NCBI GenBank assembly: GCA_963924565.1
Contig: OZ004614.1
Span: 18,290,001 to 18,354,000 of the forward strand
Length of the DNA stretch: 64,000 nucleotides
Origin: Ascidiella aspersa
Lineage: Eukaryota
Reading direction: 5' to 3'
Part shown: positions 60,801 to 64,000 of the stretch, in pieces
Position numbering within the stretch: position 1 is the stretch's first letter
Layout: each line of letters opens with the position of its first letter
The notes under the pieces: generated by a model
Databases searched by the model: none
Seen by the model: the letters and a program-made list of their open reading frames with translations, nothing else
What the model was told of the DNA's origin: nothing
Position numbers and translations under genes: made by a program

Positions 60801-63800
60801 TATCCATAACGTAACAAAACTCAGTAAAATCACAATAAGTGATAATGTTTTAGGGTCTTTCATTTTCCTGTAGTAATTGCTTTTCTGGGGTTTCTGATGA
60901 ATTTTTTTTACCTTAAAAAATACCCGTAAAACATAACTCAATAAAATATGACTGATGTACAAGATACTCAGCTAAAAAACAAATACGAAATCATACCAAA
61001 ACGCACATAATTTGGCTTAGCATTCGGTAAGCGTTTTTCCCTCACACCATATCACCTAACTTAATCTCTTTAAAACTTCATACTATTCAGAAACAAGCTA
61101 CCAGCAAACAATAAACAAATATAACTTTGTTTTGTTGTGACAAAATCATCTCGCAACCCTAAAACATATATTATAATACAACTAAATTTTGTTTCAAAAA
61201 AAAGTCTAGGTCTCAGTAATCTTCACACTGTTTAAGTTCTTTATTATATCCAATATTATAATTTCACTAGCATTGAGCAAAGAGATTATAACCACGAGGA
61301 CAACACTGTGACGTAGCCCATTGTTTCTACTTTCGACAGCGTTTCTCTCTAGTGCATAATAGTAAAACATAAACAACTGGGCTTGACTTGCATGTTGGTG
61401 AGCTAAAATTTTGGAGCATCCGGCTTATATATATTAAGGTGTGACATTTCTGACAGGTTAAAAGTTATGCTTGAATTAGGTGTCAAACTTTCATTGCCGA
61501 GTTTCGTGTAAATACACTTAAAAAAGCCTGTTGTGGTTACAATATCAGCTGACCAAGTACTACTATATAATATGGGGTAACAACACACTCGTTGGCGCGC
61601 CAACGTCGTCCAGTTAATGACTGCGGCAGCGTACAACGCGTTGCTGTAGAGTAGACCAGTGGTTCCAAACCGGGGTGCCGGTGAGGAATTTACATTTTGT
61701 TCTTCGGTAACTACTTTTTGTGTTCGCTTATATGGTACAATTACAATATTGTTTTAAACTTATTTTTATTGCCCCAGTTTCGTTTATTTTAGCATTGCAG
61801 TAAAACGTTTAAAGAAAATTAGAGTAGGGGTCTTGTAATATGCGCAACGCACATTATTTGGGTTATGGTGCGGGTTTTATTTGAGTTGGTCGAGCATTAT
61901 TATTAATAATAAAACAATAATGTGCGTTGCGTTATGTGCGGCATTTGTAGACTGTTTTTTGCGTTACTTTTTTTAGAAAGAACCCCGAAATCAACAACAT
62001 AACTCAATCGCGTACATTTTAACAGTAATACACCTTTCCAAAATGTACACTAGGGTCCTAAGAAAGTGTCATACAACTTGTGATAACCTTGCCTGTCCTA
62101 CCAAGTCAATTTTATAAACAGAAAACGGTTTAAATTAGGACTAGGGGTCTACGCCAAAAGCGTACATTTTTATAACAGGCTTAAATGGAAAAGATTATGT
62201 TTTTCTTATGAATTAGACCGTGACGGCTGTCGAAAGTAGAATCTGCATTGCTTAAAGGCAAAAGAAAAAAGGCAAAAAAGTGAAAGTTTGTCCTCATGGT
62301 TATATAATCTCTTTGCATTGAGAAGTTTTTTTCACTAGCAAATACAGATACCTCTTGCTCACTGTTTTCACTCTCGCTAAGTTAAAATAACGAAAGGTAT
62401 CCTCGCCAAGTCGATCCTCGCCATCTCTGTGGGAACGGGTGGCGGTTATCTATAAAAATCGTTGATCATTTCATTCTGTCGCAAGATGGCATATTTAAGC
62501 CGTTAACACAAAAATACTAAAGAAAATTATCCCTGGGAACTATTTGATTCAAATGTAATTGTTCAGATTTCTATAATAACAATTAATTATCAATTGTTTG
62601 TTAAAATGATGAGAAAATAATATACGATTTTGCACGCCTAAAACAATATATATATCTGTGTTTGTGAGAGAAATTTTACATCAACATTTATTAGATTTAT
62701 GTAATGAGGACTCTCAGCTTGTCAAGAGCCAAGTTGTGTTGGGCCGATAAAGCGAAAACCGATTCGTGAAATGTTTAGAAAGATACGTTTGAATTTTATT
62801 GTGTTTTTCGTGTAAAAATATAGATTGAAACAAATGGTTGCTTTTTGGGGTGTCATCAATAAAATATATCATATTCAAGTTAGATTTCCAAACGACTTGT
62901 TTTAATTAACTGAAAAATAAAATAGCAATTCCATGCTCTATAACTCAATAGTAAGCAAAACTATACAGTCAATGGTTTAGAAATAAGCGAAAAGAAAAAT
63001 AGTAAACATCCATCATATTCAAGTTAAATTACCAAACACCTAAAGTTTTAATGAACTAAATATAAAATACCATCTCATTGCTCTTTACGTCAATAGTAAA
63101 CCAATACTGGCTATAATAAGGAAACCAGTCTTGATAGGGAAACACTGTTTTCTCTCTGCTCGCTTCTTCTCTGTGAACGAGCCCAAAATCTGCCACAATA
63201 AACAAGACAACCAATGAACAGTTCGACTTTACCAATCGACGATACTTTTGGCACACTTCGTGCAAAGGTCAGTTTTTGAAATTAGCACACCTCGCGCAAA
63301 AGCAGCTTTCTGACTCACTTTTTGACACTTCCGGAAACTTATAAAAACGTTTTTTTTCTAATTTTACTTTTGGTTACCGGGGATGTAACCTGAGTACACC
63401 GGAATACACTTCCGCACACCTGGGTTCACGGCACAACTCGCGCAACATAAAGACTACTAGCGAAGCGAGCGCGATTTTTTTAGTATACCGGTATTTCTTT
63501 TAATTTCTTGTTTTTGTTACATTTAAAAAAAAATGGTTAAAAAATATTTGTCATTATGTTTGAATACGTTTTCCGCGACGCGGCAGTTTTCCACGGCGCA
63601 ACAGTAAAGAAGCGCTGATCTAGTTCAAAAAGAGCATCAAAACGTAAACACACTGGATGCATAAAGATCATTAGCGCGAAGCGCGAAAATTTTTCGCATT
63701 TACACACATAAAATTGGCAAAACGTAGTTAAAATGGACTCGTGTCTAATTTGTCAAAGAGGCGGCGGGCCGGATGAAATATATTGGCAGGCTGGTTCTGA

Positions 63801-64000
63801 TACAGATGTGCATTAACAACAAAAAAGCTATCAAGGCTTTCTCAGCAGATTGCTTCTTCGACTTATGGTGGAATTTGTCATTTAAACTGTAATAATTGGG
63901 ACAGATTTTTGAATTAAGGTCCAAGTTAATTGGTTTCAATTCTCCTAAGTGTGGTGTAAATAAGCCTGGCTGTCCGTTCTCCCCATGATGTAAAAATAGT

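Noticed and set aside
61657-61685. hAT-like terminus CAGTGGTTCCAAACC
   Set aside because: No matching opposite TIR or TSD found.
60800-64000. Short ORFs in the AT-rich right end
   Set aside because: Under 80 aa, with no recognisable motifs or splice structure.

Overview
Eukaryotic (invertebrate animal) genomic DNA at the edge of a replication-dependent histone gene cluster (order H2A<-|->H2B, H1, H4, H3, <-H2A). All five genes carry 3' stem-loops and U7-type downstream elements. The cluster is colonised by several related L1/Tx1-type non-LTR retrotransposons (APE endonuclease + RT + CCHC ORF2; zinc-knuckle ORF1). Nearly all readable junctions fall at a few fixed histone positions, in the sense orientation of the host gene: H1 5'UTR, H2A 5'UTR, H2B 5'UTR, H2B codon ~12 and probably H3 codons 4-9. 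Family labels A-K are mine. Two 3'-end classes exist. Poly(A)-tailed elements end in a conserved, covarying box C/D (snoRNA-like kink-turn) module placed between AATAAA and the tail (7 copies). Tailless elements end in a hairpin that buries AATAAA. Each class has a non-autonomous ORF1-only partner, and one of these carries H2A 5'UTR sequence at its ends, which points to transcription from the histone promoter. Integrity decays left to right: intact unit (1-17.7 kb), young tandem array (17.9-25.8 kb), decayed elements with histone remnants (25.8-52.7 kb), then L1, hAT and Polinton-like debris. Novelty could not be checked against databases.
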